DNA from: Phyllobates terribilis
Lineage: Eukaryota
NCBI RefSeq assembly: GCF_046119375.1
Contig: NW_027362762.1
Location: forward strand, 29,450,001 to 29,514,000
Reading direction: 5' to 3'
Length of the DNA: 64,000 bases
Under the pieces are notes generated by a model that was not told where the DNA came from, searched no databases, and saw nothing but the letters and a program-made list of their open reading frames with translations. The position numbers and the translations under genes were made by a program. Positions within the stretch are counted from its first letter, which is position 1, and the number at the start of each line of letters is the position of its first letter. This document shows positions 63,901-64,000 of the stretch, in pieces.

Positions 63901-64000
63901 CACAGTTTAGCATTCCTTGCCCAACACCTTCTGCAGTTATTTTGCTTCCATCTGAAAGATAAATGGCTTCCGTCTTATTTAAATTAAGTTCAGTAAAGAA
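60982..64000 (-). pseudogene. pol: Ty1/Copia pol (protease end, GAG-pre-integrase, integrase, RT, RNase H), runs off the window
   Basis: IN-RT-RH order; LVHTDVCGP, FIDDYSR, RSDNGGEF, NGVAERKNRTL, YVDD, YVDADWAGD, EDNQG; several stops and frameshifts. Confidence 0.95.

Overview
Eukaryotic, almost entirely repeat-derived DNA. The repeat repertoire suggests an anuran (frog) genome (inference). No host gene can be confidently called; there is one weak exon candidate at 36.1-36.4 kb. The window is a nest of transposons whose ends and target-site duplications (TSDs) are often still readable. DNA transposons: two BED-finger hAT elements inserted at adjacent 8-bp targets (2961-19621, 19638-24732), a hAT MITE (39194-42034), a nearly intact DD38E Tc1-like element (55444-57073) and several Tc1 fragments. 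Retroelements: a Penelope-like element splitting the first hAT transposase (7571-16409), a full-length decayed Ty3/Gypsy (about 38148-49876) with another LTR inserted in its 5' LTR, related solo LTRs (221-1218, 57477-58622), Ngaro/DIRS-like, Copia, L2 and tRNA-derived SINE remnants. There are five tandem arrays (25, 65, 33, 12 and 32 bp units), four of them inside or derived from a transposon. The 33-bp array appears to be the amplified stop-codon region of a Tc1 transposase. The 25-bp array is a multimerised SINE Pol III A-box. The 65-bp array in the Penelope 3' region carries a partial hammerhead-ribozyme-like motif (hypothesis only). All very long ORFs in the ORF track are artefacts of stop-free repeat units.
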